A stretch of 64,000 nucleotides of DNA from Felis catus (lineage: Eukaryota), in NCBI RefSeq assembly GCF_018350175.1, contig NC_058369.1, positions 5,272,001 through 5,336,000 of the forward strand. The letters run 5' to 3'. The notes beneath the pieces are model-generated. The model saw only the letters and a program-made list of their open reading frames with translations, was not told where the DNA came from and made no database searches. Shown one piece after another: positions 61,760 through 64,000 of the stretch. The translations under genes were made by a program, and so were the position numbers. Every line of letters begins with the position of its first letter. Positions within the stretch are counted from its first letter, which is position 1.

Positions 61760-64000
61760 TAGTGTAAGAGCCACTGTTCCTGAACAACGTTATGCCTTAG
61801 CATTAGAATGGTTAACAACTGCCCTGGTGTGGGTGGAACCGTGGCCCCTTCCCAAACAGAAATTAGAGGCTCTAGAACAATTAGTGCAAGAACAATTGGA
61901 TGCAGGTCATGTAGAAATGCCCACCAGTCCATGGAATTCTTGTGTGTGTGATAAGGAAAAAATCTGGGAAATGGAGAATGTTGACTGACTTAAGGAAGGT
62001 AAACGAGGTTATACGGTCTATGGGACCTTTGCTTTGCAACCTGGGCTCCCGTCTCCTACTAGGATTCCTCAGAACTGGTCATTAATTATAGTCGATTTAA
62101 AAGATTGTTTTTCACAGTTCTTCTACTGCCAGATGATAGAGAAAAATTTGCCTGTTCTGTACCTTCAGACAATCATATGGTTCCTGTGTGATGCCATCCA
62201 TGGAAAGGGCTTCTGCAAGGTATGCTTAATAGCCCTACTATGTGTCAGCATTTTGTTAATCAGCCACTTTCCCAATTACGTATTCAGGTCCCACAGGTGT
62301 TGATTATCCATTACATGGATGATATTCTTTTTGCTGCAGAAACACCTACACAGATAAAAGATCTTTATCAGGCCACTGGGTTATTGTACCCAAATACAGC
62401 CTAATAGTAACAACAACAAAAAAGTGCAAACCCAAGATCCCTTTCTTTATCTTGATGCAAAAATTCACAAGGCAACCATCATTCCCCAAAAAGTACAGAT
62501 TGGCTGAGATAATTTGAAAACTTTAAATGATTTCCAAAGGTTACTAGGAGATATAAATTGGTTGCAACCTGCTTTGGGAATCCCGACTTATACCTTATCT
62601 CATCCTTTCCAAACATAAGCCCGTGATCCCAACCTTAACAGCCCTAGGGTCCTCACAAAAGAGGCAGAAGCTGAATTACAGTGGATTGAAAATCATATTC
62701 AAAATTGTCAGCTCACTCGTGTTTGATGTAATGTTCCTCTTCAATTATTGATTTTTCCTACTCCACATTCTCCAACTGCGGTCGTAGGCAGGATGGGGGA
62801 ATCATCGAATGGCTGTTTTTACCAAGTAAGGACTCTAAAATTCTTACCATGTATCTGGATAAAACTGGGAATGTAATTTGGAGAAGCCGATCCCGATTAC
62901 GTGTGCTTAATGGTAGCAATCCCTCTTCTATAATTATTCCCTTATCATATCAACAAATTGATATGGCTTACCAAACTAATATACAATGATAAATAGCTTT
63001 GCCTGATTACGTAGGGAAATTAGACAATCACTGTCTGAGGGACAAAAATTTTGTCATTTCTCAAGGTTACATCATGGATTTGGCCAAAGATAATTCGAGA
63101 GTGGCCTTTAGCAGATGCTGACACATATTTTACAGATGGAAATGGTCATGGTAGAGCTTCTATACATGGTCCTATCTCTAAGGCCTGGAAGACACCCTAT
63201 ACATCTACCCAAAAAGCTGAATTAGCAGCCATTATAGGATTGTTGCATCTTGCACCTGCCTCCCTCGATATTGTGACAGATTCACAATGTGCATGGTTCA
63301 CAGTCCTAAATATTGAAACTGTACATATTGTGCCACGAAATGAATTACATCATCTGTTTTTGCATTTATAAGAATTAATATGGCATAGGCAACGCCCTTT
63401 ATGTATCACTCATATTCGCAGTCATTCTAACCTTCCTGGCCCATTATCCTTAGGAAATTCCATTGCTGATGACTTATTACAAGGCACCTTACAAATGGCA
63501 CAACAGGAGCATTTGCTTCACCATACTAATGCTCGAGGACTTGCCCATAGACACTATAACACATGCTGAGTCAAAAGACATCGTTAGTGCCTGTCCTTGT
63601 TGCAACCCCCTCACTGTGGCTCCACATACCTCTGGAGTGAATCCTCGTGGACCACAGGCAAATGAACTTTGGCAATCTGATGTTACCCATATTCCTGGTT
63701 TCGGTAAGCTCTCTTATGTGCATGTTACTGTGGATACCTTCTCCAGATAGATCTGGGCCACGACATATACCGGAGAAAAGACTAGGCATGTTAGTGCTCA
63801 TTTTCTTGAAACCTTTGCAATTCTAGGTATCCCACAACACATTAAAACTGATAATGGCCCTGCATATGTATCTCATAAGTAGCCCACTTCTTTGCAGCCT
63901 GACAAATTACTGGCACTCCCTATAACTCTCACAGTCAAGGGATCACAGAACATACTCATCAGGTACTTAAAAACATGCTAATTAAACAAAAAGGGGGAGA
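61760..64000 (+). pseudogene. pol: ERV pol (RT, RNase H, integrase), disrupted, truncated by window end
   Basis: [32 protein letters not shown] (62312-23); RNase [36 protein letters not shown]. Confidence 0.92.

Noticed and set aside
1..64000. CRISPR arrays, tRNA or rRNA genes
   Set aside because: Mammalian DNA; tRNA-like boxes belong to CanSINE heads and the PBS; no repeat-spacer arrays seen.

Overview
Mammalian genomic DNA, almost certainly from a felid (young cat-type CanSINE/SINEC_Fc copies, felid/carnivore L1s). (1) 1.2-8.4 kb, + strand: the last five coding exons of an adhesion GPCR matching ADGRE4/EMR4 (ECL2 to C-terminus), in frame with canonical GT-AG junctions. (2) 10.5-21.6 kb: a nested L1 stack inside a split MER5A, including a full-length L1 with a perfect 14-bp TSD. 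(3) About 31.3-47.9 kb, + strand: a second, strongly diverged ADGRE paralogue seen as seven exon remnants (three GAIN, four 7TM), disabled by frameshifts and a stop. Its GPS and TM1-2 exons were not recognisable, and its last detectable exon is followed by a full-length L1 lacking a TSD (48.5-55.3 kb). (4) 58.8-64 kb: a degenerate betaretrovirus-like provirus (5' LTR, tRNA-Lys3 PBS, gag, dUTPase-protease-G-patch, RT-RNaseH-IN) running off the window end. The rest is SINEs, MIR/L2, MaLR/ERV LTRs, hAT MERs and microsatellites. The best novelty candidate is the cryptic ADGRE paralogue. Family comparisons are from memory of the protein and repeat families, not database searches; repeat boundaries without a TSD are approximate.
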